A stretch of 62,521 nucleotides of DNA, filler included, from Bonamia ostreae (GCA_040357525.1; 36 parts of 36 records of this genome joined end to end with filler, not necessarily neighbours in it); one strand, 5' to 3'; shown: positions 38,192 through 52,137, counted from the whole stretch's first letter. Notes: generated by a model from the sequence alone, not told the origin. Made by a program: numbers and translations.

Positions 38192-40469
38192 CTAAAACAT
38201 ATGTAACAATCTCAGTTATCTGATCAAATTCTAACGTATCGCTAACTTCTATATAAACGATTACGANNNNNNNNNNNNNNNNNNNNNNNNNNNNNNNNNN
38301 NNNNNNNNNNTTAATTAATTAANNNNNNNNNNNNNNNNNNNNNNNNNNNNNNNNNNNNNNNNNNNNCGCTTTAGGGGCGGGGCAAAAATTGACCAAATTC
38401 CAAAAATGTGAAAATCACAATTTCATTCTCTGTTGATGTCCTGTTTGAATCTTTAGTGTGTATATATTACAATCTTACTAAAGTGCAGACTTATTTTGAT
38501 ATATATATTGTATATATTAATGATACTTTCGTGTTTCTTTGTGTATATCGCCTATGTTTGATAGATTTAAAGTAACAACTCATTATAGAGGATCTGGATT
38601 AAAATAATCAGTTCTTTTCAACTCTGAATATTTTCTTGTGTTCAGTTAATATTGTACTACACTTTTGAGTGCTAATTAGATATTTGAATATTTAAAATAG
38701 AAAAATAAAATGTCTACATGTTCAATACAGAATTTTATGCAAGGTACTCAATCGAGAAAGAGTTTGCGTGCATACAAACCTATGGAAATGAGATCGTTTT
38801 AAACAATACATGAAATACACACACGAGTACTTCCAATAAACAGTGATAAAAATTGTAGCTTAATAAAACAAATCCGAATTGATGCAGTTTCTTTTTTTGT
38901 GTGTGTAAAATATTCATTTGAAAGTTCATGATTTAAATGTACGAGTCTAAAGTATGTCTTTTCGATGATAAAAATCTGCTGTATAATAACAACCTTTGTA
39001 AATTTAAATCTCTTTAACTACTAACAACGGAGTACCAGCTAGGCACTGTTTTAGATTCATTATCTAATTAAGAAATGGTATCAGATGCTGATGTCCTTTT
39101 GTGTATTTTGATAATGATTACAATGGACATAACAAAACTCCTCAGGACGGAACATCAACTACTAAATGCTTAGGTCTACTCCATAATGTCTGTCTTTATT
39201 TATAGAAACTTTAAATACACGTGACTAACATTTTAATGGCTAGAGGTGGTGTATGCACTTTAATCGTTCTGATGAGAGCCCGGTAAGATCAAATTAAATT
39301 TCTGTCTAATGGAATCGTGTTAAAAAATGTATCATATTCAAATTTCGATAAAGAGTGACATGGAGATAAAATCCATTATAAAATGAACGTGAAACTGATT
39401 CTGTACTTTTTTTATGGCTAAATGTATGTTTGTTTCTCCTTGTCTTGTCGTTGGTGTCTGTTCAATGAAAACTTGACTTTTTTGTAGGCTGTATTTCAAA
39501 TTGAAACATTCATGAAACTTCAAAAGCGTAGGATCAACATTTACGAATTCTGACCAAAAAGTTGAAAAAGAGAAAAACGAAAAACTGCTTCGACAAAAAT
39601 AGTTGTGATTATTTTGTTGTTGAGAGTGACCAATTTAGGTGAGTAAAACACTTTCTATGTTAAAATTATGGAAGGACGAGAACAGTGATGGCAGTCTTAG
39701 TACAACAGTTATACTGGGTTTTAACAAAATTCATACGATGAATTCTTCTTCCTCTGTGATTGAGTTAGGAAAGCAACAATTAAACTTTAAAAAGTTCGGT
39801 AAAGCATTTTTTTTTTTTTTTTTACAACTGACCATCAAAAGTACTAAATACCAGGAAATAGAAGTTCCGTCAGGAAATATGCTTCTCTATTAAACTAGTG
39901 AAACTTCCTACCAAAAAGCGTAAACAGAATAAATTTGAAAGTGTTAAATACAAATATATAATATATTTCATATTGAAAATGCAGATGTTTCTTTTAGAAA
40001 TANNNNNNNNNNNNNNNNNNNNNNNNNNNNNNNNNNNNNNNNNNNNTTAATTAATTAANNNNNNNNNNNNNNNNNNNNNNNNNNNNNNNNNNNNNNNNNN
40101 NNTGTAAGTCCTGCAACGACAAGTGAAACAAATGTTAAGGTCGTATCAAAAAGTCATGAGAATATCACTTCTGAATGCCAAAAGTTTTGCAAAGGAGCAC
40201 TTTCTACTTATTTCTAAGTAAGATTTGACGGTACAGTGGTACAGAAAAGTATGGAATACTCTAGCCACTGTGTGACTAGATATCACTAATTGTAACTGTA
40301 ATCCTTTTTTTTTTCGGCTATCACCTTAACTATATGCAATCTGAAAAATGTGACATGCCTTTTTATCAAACCTTCATGTAATATGCTCGAATATGAAAAA
40401 AAAAGTTTAGAAAAAACACTATTTCCCTGTAGAATTAAACACCACATTTCCCAGCGTGATAATGTCTAG

Positions 40470-40850
40470 CCCCCTCCCCCTGGTAGCATAGTCCCTACGG
40501 TATCCCTGGGATCATGGAGTTTACAATTGTGGTAAAGAACTACCCGCTGCATCTGGATATTCATAAAGTTTCAATTTATAATCAATAGCGTTAAAGAGGA
40601 AGTTATTCAAATGTTTTACACATAAGTTATATATGCCAAGTTTGGTCCCGCTCTGGAGTCAAACCCTCTACCAGGGGATCATGGAATCCCCAACGTCGGT
40701 AGAGGCGTTCCTGCTTTATATGACTATGTATTGAGGTTTGCTTACAGATGGGCGATGGTTTAGAGGATTTTAGAAAATTCACCAATTTTAACTCCACTCA
40801 AGAGGTGTAGGAGTCATGAAATGTATGATTTTTGTTCTCCTTGTTCAAAG
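40470..40850 (+). repeat. Degenerate satellite units resembling the oyster Cg170/HindIII Helitron-associated satellite
   Basis: Recurrent GGGATCATGGAGTTTACAATTGTGGTA / GGGGATCATGGAATCCCCAACGTCGGTAGA / GAGTCATGAAATGTATGATTTTTG. Resemblance to the oyster GGGGTCATGAAATTTACAATTTTGGTAGA unit is from memory. Confidence 0.55.
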
Positions 40851-43703
40851 ATTCTAAGGGTTAGGGTAAAGATGCTTCAGATTACAAAGGCGACCTAAAA
40901 TACCAAATCTGTTAAGTTGATACGCATAAGATTTACCATTAATTCGTTTAAGACGTCGTTTGAGCGTTTGAAATATATGTGATATTCAGTGCATGACAGC
41001 GACAAATGGAGTGCAAGCGATGGGTGAAAAATCAGCAGCCTGGCAGAATATTGGTGTATGCACGTACTTTCAGAAAAGAACCTTTTCATATTGTCAACTT
41101 TGAATTGGTTTCACCTGTTTTGAAATGTTCTTGTTGCAAGCGTACAGCAATCTCGAAAAAAATTCTGATGAATATTGTGCTTTGTATTTTATATGTAATG
41201 CATTGCATTCAACTACACTTCGAATGATAATGTTTTTCTTTGGGTGAAATATTTTATCTGCTACATGCATTATTTGTGTAATCTACCCGTTGTACAAATA
41301 CATCTAAGACATTGCTGGAAACTATCTCAGATCTCTGATACATTCAAGGGAATCATCAAACATTTTCACTAAATTAGCTAAATTATGTAATTTTATATCA
41401 AAATTATTCGTACATGGTTGTCCTCCACATTATTCTCTGGTTCATTTTATGTGTATTATGCAAGTAAATTATTTGTTTATATTATATTGTATAATGTATG
41501 ATTTTGTGGTCGGAGCGAAATAAACTGATAGAGTGAGGACGATGCAGAGCTGGGATTGAACAGTCGATTTGTGACAGTTTTCATTATCCCGTGGGAATTC
41601 AGCTCAACATGAAACCAGCACCGGATATTCATATTGTATGCCTATTGTATGTTAGTAATTTGTTATTGACATACTTGTAAATCAATTATGTTAAATCTTT
41701 GTATTCTTTGTGTTTGATTTCTGCTGAGTTTAGGGTTTNNNNNNNNNNNNNNNNNNNNNNNNNNNNNNNNNNNNNNNNNNNNTTAATTAATTAANNNNNN
41801 NNNNNNNNNNNNNNNNNNNNNNNNNNNNNNNNNNNNNNCTTTCACTTGGATCATGCAACAACATCATAGAAGCTACAAAAGAACAAATGTAACGATACTG
41901 ATTAATCCAATGGGGAGAGTTTGGTTTTATACTCCGAGAAATGGATGATTATAATCAAACAAAGAGAGACAAATAAAATATCTGCTGCATTTACAATGTT
42001 CTTTTCTTCTCTGTATCACATCTGCAATTCCACCCAACAGACTGGTGAAAAATGATAGACAATCATTCTGTTTGTATTCCAAGAATGAATTATCACTGAA
42101 AAATATAATTTTATAGTTTAACTCTTTGATATCACTTAAAATCAAGATGCAAGCATTCATCTGTATATATGTTCGAAAATGGGAACACACCATTTCTTCG
42201 AGGTAATGTTCCGTCTGTCGCTTCTTTCTAGCGGTTAGTTAAGATTAGATTCGATGCATCATGGAAACAACAAACAAATGCATTGTAAAGATAATCTTGA
42301 TAAAAAGGACTAGTATACAGTTGTAGTTTTAAATATTACTCACACTGTAGTAAACTGAACCTGCAATCGATATAACAAACAATCCATATCGGGTCTCTTG
42401 CTAAAAATTCCCCAAAGGATTTCACAAAGAGTGGACATCCAATCTTCTTTCTCATTCATACCAGACTGCACATATGAACTCAATTGTAAATCATGATTTA
42501 AACAAAATCATTACATTGATTAACTGGTGGTAAATATTATGTGTGTGATAGTGTATGTCAGAACATCAGGTTACATTTACCGACTTTGAATCCCACAATC
42601 GTCATACTTACAACTTTGTCAGTCGTTTCCCTAAGTGTAAACAAGAAATTTGGAGACTCTGCAAGAACCTGCGTCAAATAAACCACAGGTCAAAATGTGT
42701 GCATATTTCATTCCATATATTGTTCCATGAATCAANNNNNNNNNNATTTCTATAGCACGTTAGTCCTAAATTTGGCAATCCTAATTCTCTAGCCTGTAAG
42801 GATATATATAATTGAAATTCATTCTCTGTAATCAAAAGAATATGCACATCGATCATCACATATTATGACGAAATTTTGCACATGGTCCATGTATGCATAA
42901 TTCAGTCATTTTCTTCTGGTACCTTTACAAGTGTACTGTAACTTGTATTTCCATGACAGCATGATATCCAATTTTCTTGTAAAAATGCAGGCCTCAGTTA
43001 AAGTAGAAGTTTTATATCATAAGTATGTATTTTTATTAAGTTTCCCTTTTATATTTACTAATCTTTGATCTGTGTATTTTTCGAAATAGAATAAGTTGAC
43101 TCAAAAGTGTCAATACATAAAATTCATCAGATTTAATTGAAATTGAAAGAAAATTGTTTAAATCTGTGCAGAAACGCAGTTAGTAGTGGATATTTTTAAA
43201 TGCATAGATATATACCATGTATATCAAAAGGAAATAGAAATCAAGTGCACCAAATGGCACATGATAAGACCGTTAAATATTTATTCATTAGAAACAAATC
43301 AGGTCTATCTCAATAGGTTTAAAGACATCACCAATGTATTTGTTTTTAGCGCTGAGGTAAAATCAAGATTATCCCTCATAATGTGTTTATTGTACATTGC
43401 AATTGACTTCTAAATATATTTAAATATATTTCTTGAATTGTTTAAATAACTACATACATATTCCGAAACATANNNNNNNNNNNNNNNNNNNNNNNNNNNN
43501 NNNNNNNNNNNNNNNNTTAATTAATTAANNNNNNNNNNNNNNNNNNNNNNNNNNNNNNNNNNNNNNNNNNNNAAATTTAAGAAAGTTGCTAAACTTCTTA
43601 AAATCATTTTAGACAACCGATTCTAAAATTATTAATTAGACGCGAAGAGCTTTAAAATCACGCAAGAATTCGTCCTCGCAATTAATGAATGTGGAAAAAT
43701 AAT

Positions 43704-44462
43704 TTACACATTTCTCAACACAGTAAGTTTCAGCGGGAGCGGCTCCATCGACAGCAATGTCATGCTCGCCGGCTTCCCGTTCACCAACTCGAACCGGTCG
43801 CCGATTCTGAGCCCCGCTTTTTTGCCCTCGCCTTCGAGCACGCCCTTCACCAACATCCTCTTGGAGTCGAGCGCTATTTGTAGTGGCCGGTTCTGGACCA
43901 CAATGTCAACTTTGGTCAATGTCTGCGGCTCTGCCGCCGGAGCCGGCGCGGCGTCTTTGTTTCCACTCTCTTCGGTTTGCTCGTGCAAACATTCCGCGCT
44001 GCTCTCTGACTCGTCGATTTCCGAAACGAAGATCCGCGGGCTCCTCTTGTAGTTCGACTTGTTCAGTCCGGCGATCGGAATGTTCATTTCAGTGAAGCTC
44101 TCCGACGCGGGAGCTTTCGGGATGAAGTGGTTTGGTGGCGACGGCGGCAGCGGGTCTTCCATGTAAAGCGGTTTGCAGTACTTTTTGAGTCCTCGGAACA
44201 AGTCGATTTTCTGGGAGTACTTCAATGGGTCGAAGACAAAGGAGTGTTTGTTCGTGGAAGCGAAATGCTCCGGGCGCGGAAGGCGCAGTTCCTGTATCAG
44301 ATTATCGCATTCGGCTGTGTATTGCCACTGCGACCGGTAAAAGTGGTTGTCCTTGTTTTTGCTGCAGTTGTTTTGTTCGTCTATTAGATTTTTGAGGCTT
44401 TCGGAGTTGTTAAGAAGCAAATCGCGTAGTTTTTGTATTTTTTCGTCCAGAGAAGACGTCAT
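43704..44462 (-). CDS. Protein with N-terminal coiled coil, Pro-rich linker and C-terminal PDZ-like domain
   Basis: 252-aa intronless ORF. VKGVLEGEGKKAGLRIGDRFELVNGKPA fits the PDZ AGL..GD.I..VNG pattern. Confidence 0.7.
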   Translation of the reverse strand: MTSSLDEKIQKLRDLLLNNSESLKNLIDEQNNCSKNKDNHFYRSQWQYTAECDNLIQELRLPRPEHFASTNKHSFVFDPLKYSQKIDLFRGLKKYCKPLYMEDPLPPSPPNHFIPKAPASESFTEMNIPIAGLNKSNYKRSPRIFVSEIDESESSAECLHEQTEESGNKDAAPAPAAEPQTLTKVDIVVQNRPLQIALDSKRMLVKGVLEGEGKKAGLRIGDRFELVNGKPASMTLLSMEPLPLKLTVLRNV

Positions 44463-44582
44463 TGCAGCGATTCTTGTTGTTCAATTAAGATAATATCATA
44501 TATATCAAGCAATCTTGTTGTGAAATTTAGCATACTCAAACGGATTTTACTTTATTGCGTAAAAATTAGCTTTACTAAATAA

Positions 44583-45206
44583 ATGGTTGCAGTTAATGAA
44601 TCTGTTAAAGGAGAACGCTACGCTTTTTCCGCGGACATCAACAATCTGCTCGGGTAAACATTCGAAACCTCAAGCTTGATAATCAACACGTTCTATTCGA
44701 ACAACGATGTCTTCCTCAGGGAACTCATCTCCAATTCGTCTGACGCAATAGACAAGATAAAGTTCAAGTCGCTTACAGACTCTTCGGTGCTCGGCGATGA
44801 AACCGAATTTAAAATCCAAATCGTCCCTAACAAGGAAGCCAAAACGCTCACTATCCGTGACAACGGAATTGGCATGACGAAAGACGAAATGGTCAAAAAT
44901 CTAGGAACAATCGCCACGTCCGGAACTAAAGCTTTCATGGACGTTTTTAAAATTTATTTTAATAATTGCTCAAAAAATATTTTCCAAAAAGACTAAACAA
45001 CTTATTTTCTTACTAAAATTTAACACAAAAAACTTATTTTCAAATTAAAATATAACACAAAAAACTTATTTTCTTACTAAAATTTAACACAAAAAACTTA
45101 TTTTCTTATTAAAAATTATCACAAAATATGTTAATTTGAATAAAAACAAAAAAGGCTATTCAAGCGGGCGCCGATATTCAAATGATCGGCCAATTCGGTG
45201 TCGGAT
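44583..45206 (+). CDS. HSP90: Cytosolic Hsp90, 5' part; introns 44654-44674 (21 nt) and 44943-45154 (212 nt)
   Basis: [87 protein letters not shown]. Confidence 0.98.
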
Positions 45207-47780
45207 NNNNNNNNNNNNNNNNNNNNNNNNNNNNNNNNNNNNNNNNNNNNTTAATTAATTAANNNNNNNNNNNNNNNNNNNNNNNNNNNNNNNNNNNNNN
45301 NNNNNNCTGTGTGTCTTCACCTTATCTAGAAGCCAAATAAAAATGGAAACTGATTCTCGGTAGTCAGATTGAAGTAACGATTGGATGGTCTGATGTTACA
45401 CGGTATAAACACTGCCCTGTATACAATGTGCGTGTTCATTTAAAACAGAAGTGTATAACTTATCTTACTCTATATATAAATGTGTGAATTGGATAGCCTT
45501 TAATTGATACCATCTTCTAATTTTGGGAAAGGAAACAACTTGTGTACATAATAATGACCTGATATAGGATACGGACCGATGTTTTACCGTCATATTTAGT
45601 TATCCATCCAGATGTTTATAAATTATTTCAAACTTGATTCATTTTTTTCTCTCGTAAATATTCACCATTACACTAATGCACGCAATAAATGAGAAATAAT
45701 TACTCAATAATATAATATGATATTGTATCATTCTTTTACACATAAACACACAGAAAATAATTAGATTTTAAGTTTAGTAAACCAGAAGAAAGATGGTCTC
45801 CTCGTACCTGATACTTCCGTTTATACCTGGGGAATATCAGGTCATGTATGTACAGATTTGATTGCAGAAATTTAATCCAACCCGCCATTTCAAACATCGT
45901 AATATTGTAAGTATATGTTAATCATCACAATATATAATGTTCATTGCCATAATTCGCACTTTCTTTGTTGCATTGTTTTGAATTATTTTACTTGTGTATG
46001 GACATGGTGGCCTGCTGATGGATGACATAATCATCTGGAATGTCCATCTCCACCAGATGTATTTGTAGGGATCTCGACTTGCTAGTTTTATCTCGTTTTT
46101 CTTAGTGATATTTTGACTGGAAAAATATAATTTATCTATTCATTTCGAGTTTCCTTTTTGTCAGGCACTAAAAACTGTATAGAAATTAACATTTAAGTTT
46201 CTCAAAAGTACGAATAGATGTTTTGACTTCCTATTTGTTCTTCATTAACAAATCAGATTACATGATTTAGAACATGGAACAAGGATTTGGTCTGATATTA
46301 TTCCGACCAGCACTGTTTGAAGTTATTTTCTTTAATACGTGCTTTCCTTTCACAGTGCATTACTGCGATCTTGTGCTTCATCTTTTTCAAAGAGGCCCGA
46401 GAACGCAACTTTGATATCGCATGAAAAGTTTTTTTTTAAATTCGAACCATCACAATCTCGGGAGGATTCTCTTCGAGAGAGAAGCAAATCACATCGTGTG
46501 TCCTGTCTTTGATTAGCATGGCGGTCTGTACTAGGATACACAGAATCATGTCAGTAATGGTCGTTTATCCGACAGTCGACATTATGGAGAAATGATGTGT
46601 TCTTGGAATGACCAAATGATCAATTTAATATTCGGTACATGTTTACGTATAGTTCGAGGCAATCTCAATTTCTAAAAACAAAATGAAACAGCTGAAACGA
46701 CTCTAATGGCCAGTAAGGCAAGGAATAGTACATGGTGTCGCGTATAGTTTTGGTAATATTTTCGCTTAAAGAATGTGCATGAAACATGTCATTTTTCAAC
46801 GCATTGATCAAATATTAATCAAATCCTGCAGACATTCTAATAGTTCATTGTGTTTGTATGTTAATCTTATTTTTCATGTAATCTGAAGGACCCCATTGGA
46901 AATAAGCTTATTCTAGTTGTATGAGTTATTCTAAGGTTCNNNNNNNNNNNNNNNNNNNNNNNNNNNNNNNNNNNNNNNNNNNNTTAATTAATTAANNNNN
47001 NNNNNNNNNNNNNNNNNNNNNNNNNNNNNNNNNNNNNNNTTCGCCTTTAATCTAATTTCAAAATACAACACAGCAATTTGGTATAATACTTGATATCATG
47101 TTAATGATTACATTCATGATACAACATAAACAAAAGCGCCTGTGGTACACATTACTCTTCTGAAACCATGACAGACAGTTCAACAAGCTTTCATAAAATG
47201 TAATTAAAATAATGTAAAGCTTTCATACTTATTCAGTTGAAAATTGTTTATTGGAGTAAAATACGAAATGAAAAAGATTAAAACAATGAAGCCAACAACA
47301 AATACTAAATAGATTTAATTAGAAAAGCTCAATCCGACCTTCTCACCTGAGCGAAAAATAACAAACAATGCCTGATGTCATTTCGCACAGAAACCTTATC
47401 ATCATAGTGTTAATGGACGAACATGATAAAACCTTAGAATGTCCATAAACTACAACATTTGATTCATGATAAATACGTATATGAATACAAAACAACTTCT
47501 GACATATGTGACATGCTATTTATTTAACTTCATTTCGCATGTACGCTGATACATATAGTTTTATGTGACATGAAATATATTTCCAAATCAAAAATAGCAA
47601 AGATATTGTCCACTAAACACTGGGAATTGAATATAGTACATGTATATCAAACACCATCCACTTGTTAGTTTGATATCTAACAGTGAATAGGAAATAAAAG
47701 CATCAACAAATTTCCTGAACCTGTTTCACGTTTGGAGCTTCTACTAGAAATTCACGTAAACGAAAAACCAAGACCTCTCC

Positions 47781-47960
47781 TTTATGACAAAGGGATGACT
47801 TCAGCTTCTCCATTCTAAACTTCCTATCTTTCTATACAAATATTCCATTATCATTCGCATATGGTTTTGCCATCTCTAAACTGATTCGATGTCCTAGACC
47901 AAGTTTTCGACATTCTTCACAAGTTCTATGGTCATTACAATGATATCATTTGCAAATACA
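47781..47960 (+). mobile_element. Degenerate Penelope-like retroelement RT C-terminal relic (animal-like fraction)
   Basis: Frameshifted YDK.DDFSFSILNF..NIPLSFAYG..ISKLIR resembles the YDKRDDF.F.IVNFP..SNIP..PAYGVYISQLIRY motif of Penelope-type RTs. Confidence 0.65.
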
Positions 47961-48772
47961 GATTAACAGTATGTCGAGAGCAGTATTACATGTTACATAC
48001 TCCCTCGTCCTAGGTACCTAATTATCATTACAGTTTTAATATAAATTGTACTAATGATACTTGAACTTTGGATTTAACTAAGTTTTTAAGGGGGGTGGGG
48101 TATTTCATATGTGCGAAATGCCATCCTTCTTAACATTCCTTTGAAAATATTTGATCATCCAATATATCGTATACTTTTCAAAATATTTGATAAAAACGTC
48201 AACAAATATTAGGGATATTGGATGCATTACACATCATCATCGTTATGTACATTTTAGCATATCATGCATACAATCTGGAAAATAATAATTATACTTGAGG
48301 TTTCAGGAGGATGTAGGCCTATTTACAAACTTCATTGAGTAACATCTGCTTATCGGGAGTTTTAAATCAATTGCATGTATTCTGATGCAAATTTCCAAAT
48401 CCTTATCAATTCCTTATCAAAATGCGGCACAAACGTGTTCTTATACAGCTAGTTAATCCATTTGATATCTCTGATATATTGTTTTTAAAATTACACATAT
48501 TTTCTTGATTCATTTTGTTTTTCGAATGACAGACCTCTTTCACAAAATGCAATGCATCAATGATTAAAATGATGGGGAAATTGGTGCTTCGAAGATGACA
48601 AAAATAGACAAATCGCTCTATAAAAGGTTGTCTTGAATCTAGAATTGTGACGATAACGAACAGTGATCAAGCNNNNNNNNNNNNNNNNNNNNNNNNNNNN
48701 NNNNNNNNNNNNNNNNTTAATTAATTAANNNNNNNNNNNNNNNNNNNNNNNNNNNNNNNNNNNNNNNNNNNN

Positions 48773-49044
48773 ATGGCAAAATAAAAAGTCGTTGATCGAT
48801 TTTGTAATGGCAAAATAAAAAGTCGTTGATCGATTTTGTAATGGCAAAATAAAAAGTCGTTGATCGATTTTGTAATGGCAAAATAAAAATTCGTTGATCG
48901 ATTTTGTAATGGCAAAATAAAAAGTCGTTGATCGATTTTGTAATGGCAAAATAAAAAGTCGTTTATCGATTTTGTAAAGACAAAATAAAAAGTCGTTGAT
49001 CGATTTTGTAATGGCAAAATAAAATATTGTTTATCGATTTTGTA
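48773..49044 (+). repeat. 34-bp minisatellite, 8 copies, running off the contig start
   Basis: ATGGCAAAATAAAAAGTCGTTGATCGATTTTGTA at 48773, 48807, 48841 ... 49011, with no spacers. Confidence 0.97.
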
Positions 49045-49142
49045 ACAAAAAAGAAAAAAATGACTACGACCAAAACACAAACAACAACATCGTTAAAAAC
49101 GAAACAAAAATTAGCCAAAACAAAAAAGAAAAAAACAACAAA

Positions 49143-50010
49143 ATGTTCAAATTATTGAAGAAAAAAGATTTCAATCTAATTTGTGTCGAACTAGAAAAAG
49201 AATCGAATGGCAAAAGTTTTGCAAAACAAGAAATTGAAAACAAGAAAAACGAAAATTCTGTAATCAAAAAGAAAACCGAATTTGTAAAAAATCGTCCTTC
49301 GAAAAGGAAAAAAAGAAAGAAAAAAATTCTTCCCAAAAGTGACAAAAAACTGAGGAAAAAATCGAGAACTTTGGGATTAAGAAACAGAAAAATTAAAAGA
49401 TGTTCATTGTCGTCTTCGTCGGAACGATCTGAACCGAAAACGGAGAAAATCGAAAAAATGACATTGAAAAAGAGAAAGAAAAATTTCAAAAAATTCAAAA
49501 ATGACGAAAAGAAAAAAAAATCGAAAATCGACAAAAAGACGAAAAAAAAAATCGAAAAAAGGAAAGTCGAAAACTTGTCAAAATCTTATAAACGCCAAAA
49601 ATATTGATAAAAAGAAGACGAACAGAAACAAAAAAGATCAAAATGAGAAGGAAAAAACAGACGGCGACAAACAGAAAGAAAAACAAAAAAATGTTAAAGA
49701 AGATAACGACAAAATTTTAGATGTAATCAAAAAAGAAGAAGACAGAATAAAGGAGGAAGCAAAAATTTTCGAAGAAGAAAAATTAAAAAATAGAGTCGAA
49801 GCCTTAAAAAAGATGGATCTGTTAGAAGACGATTATTTGGAAAGAGTCGGAAGAGAAAAGAGTGAATTCGACGATGAATTGGCGACTGAAATTTGGCTTT
49901 TGCGTCAAGAACTGCAAGAGCAGATTTTCTTAAATTCTCAAATCAAAAAAATGTTATTAGTTACTATCGACGAAGACAAATTCTCAAAAGTTTTTTATAA
50001 AAATGGCTAA
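49143..50010 (+). CDS. Lys/Glu-rich low-complexity protein; exon structure unresolved (overlapping ORFs 49143-49607 and 49501-50010)
   Basis: Purine-rich + strand with K/E/S tracts and a helical C-terminal segment (DELATEIWLLRQELQEQIFLN). Confidence 0.5.
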
Positions 50011-50141
50011 AAGCAGCGAACTGGAGAAGAAGATAAAAAGATTTTAGAAGAATATAAAAGTTTGAAAAATAAAAATGTTTTTTGTTGTTGATCGAAATTT
50101 ATTTGATAGAAAAATTTTCTTCAAACTTTTTTTTTAAAAAT

Positions 50142-50405
50142 TCAAACTTTTTCTTTGGAAACAGTGCATAATTGTTTCATCGATTTTTCGGGATTGTTTT
50201 TTAAAATCGTTTCCAGAATTTTTATTCCTTTGGAAGCCAATTCTCTGATTCTTTCTTTTTTTTGGTGAAATTTTGGTTTTTCGTTTGTTTTGAGTAGTTT
50301 AGATTTGAATTCGTTTTTGATTGTAATGTTCATGATTCTTTCGTATTCTGAAGTGACAAATTTAAAATTAAGTAATTTGTCGTTTTCGCAGTTTTCCAAT
50401 TTTTC
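50142..50405 (-). CDS. Hypothetical protein, 3' fragment
   Basis: Frame of 85 or more aa from near the contig edge to a TGA, convergent with the K-rich gene. Confidence 0.45.
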   Translation of the reverse strand, partial: EKLENCENDKLLNFKFVTSEYERIMNITIKNEFKSKLLKTNEKPKFHQKKERIRELASKGIKILETILKNNPEKSMKQLCTVSKEKV

Positions 50406-50821
50406 NNNNNNNNNNNNNNNNNNNNNNNNNNNNNNNNNNNNNNNNNNNNTTAATTAATTAANNNNNNNNNNNNNNNNNNNNNNNNNNNNNNNNNNNNNNN
50501 NNNNNCATCGCCAACAAAAAATGAAACATAAAAAGAAGAAATTTGATTTAGTCTTTATTGACTAAAAATTGGATTGCATTTAAAATAAAAAGATTGTCAT
50601 GTTGATTCCAAAACATAAAAATTAATAAAATCGCAAATTTACAGATTGATCTATCAAAACTTATCCACAAAAGATTATAAAAGAAAGTCTAAATTTAAAG
50701 CTAAATTTAAAGCTGAAAGGCTAAATTTTTTCTAATGAATATCGGAAGTTTGATGACATTCCGACTTTAAGAAAAAAGAAACATCAATCTAAATTTTATA
50801 TTTCGATCGTCATTTTGAACT

Positions 50822-51837
50822 GCAAAGAAGATCGGGAAATGTTTCGGATGCGGAATTCAACTTCAAACGAGGTAATCGACTTTTTTTTATAAAAACAGCG
50901 ATGTTAACCAAAAAGGTTACATTTCGCTCAAACAAAAATCCGTTCCACTCGATTACGTCAAAAAACGCGAAAAAATGGAAAAAATGGAAATTTTGCATTT
51001 GGACGAAAAATCGAATTTAAAAACTGACCAAAATGACTTTAGCAAAAGTTTAACAAAAAATCTGGCCAAACGAAAATTTAAACAAATCTGCGTTCGTTGC
51101 CATCAACTTAGATTTCAGGGAAAAGTTAGAAGTGGTAAAAATATGGATCTTTCTGATTTTTGGAATAGTTTGGAAAAAATTATGAGAGAATGTTTTTCAT
51201 TTTACCAATTTTACAAAAAAAAACGATTTTTGAAATTTACTAAAATTTTGTTAAAAATCGATTTTGACCAAAATTAGTAAAAAATTTTGTTAAAATTTGA
51301 CAAAAAATTACTAAAAAATATTTTTAAAAATTGCTAAAAATTGTAATTAGATCCTCGTTCAGCAATTTTATTGATAATCGACATATTTGATTTTAACGGA
51401 ACGATTTTGAAAAATTTGAAGAAAATTGTGAATAAAGATCATCCCGTTGTAATCGCTATCAACAAAATCGATTTGATTCCGGTTAATTGCAGTAAATCTG
51501 TTTTAAATAAATGGGCTCTGTTATCTGTCAAAAATCTTGGATTGGTAAAATTTTTGGCTAAATTTTAAAAATCCAAATAATTTGAAATTTAAATATTTTT
51601 TTAATTTTGGACGAATTGATAATCATTTCAAAATAAAATTTTGATAATAAGTGGATTCACGAAGTGATGTTAATAAGCGGGAAAGACAATGTGAATTTGG
51701 GAAGACTTCAAAATTCACTTGTGGATCTATCGAAAAAGAACATCAAAGAAATTTTTGTTGTTGGTACAACAAATGTTGGTAAAAGTACGTTAATTAATTC
51801 AATGCGAATGAAAAAAATGATTACTACTGTCGGTGGA
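50822..51837 (+). CDS. NOA1: NOA1/YqeH-family circularly permuted GTPase, partial; introns 50872-50898, 51192-51350, 51545-51651
   Basis: Zinc ligands CFGCGIQLQTSDVNQKGYI and ICVRCHQL, then IIDIFDFNGT, G4 INKIDL, G5 LISG and G1 VVGTTNVGKSTLINS, in the permuted G4-G5-G1 order. Confidence 0.9.
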
Positions 51838-51848
51838 GTTTTTAATAA

Positions 51849-52137
51849 AAAATTGCAATTAAAATTATTGCAAAAACAAATTTTAGTACACAAATTGCAA
51901 ATAAAATTATTGCAAAAACAAAATTTAGTAAAAAATTGCAAATATAAAATTACCACAAAAACAAAATTTAGTACAAAAATTGCAAATAAAATTATCACAA
52001 AAACAAAATTTAGTACAAAAATTGCAAATAAAATTATCACAAAAAGAAAATTTAGTACAAAATTGCAAATAAAATTATCACTAAAACAAAATTTAGTAAA
52101 AAATTGCAAATATAAAATTACCACAAAAACAAAATTT
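51849..52137 (+). repeat. About 39-bp degenerate minisatellite, likely intronic in the NOA1-like gene
   Basis: AAATTGCAAATAAAATTATCACAAAAACAAAATTTAGTAC-like units follow a GTTTTT donor at 51838 and run to the contig end. Confidence 0.85.

Noticed and set aside
27945-43472. Many 60-90 aa ORFs in the gene-poor contigs
   Set aside because: No recognisable motifs or coding bias; consistent with chance ORFs in non-coding animal DNA.
48773-49044. 34-bp repeat array as CRISPR
   Set aside because: Units are head-to-tail with no unique spacers, no cas genes are present, and the context is eukaryotic.
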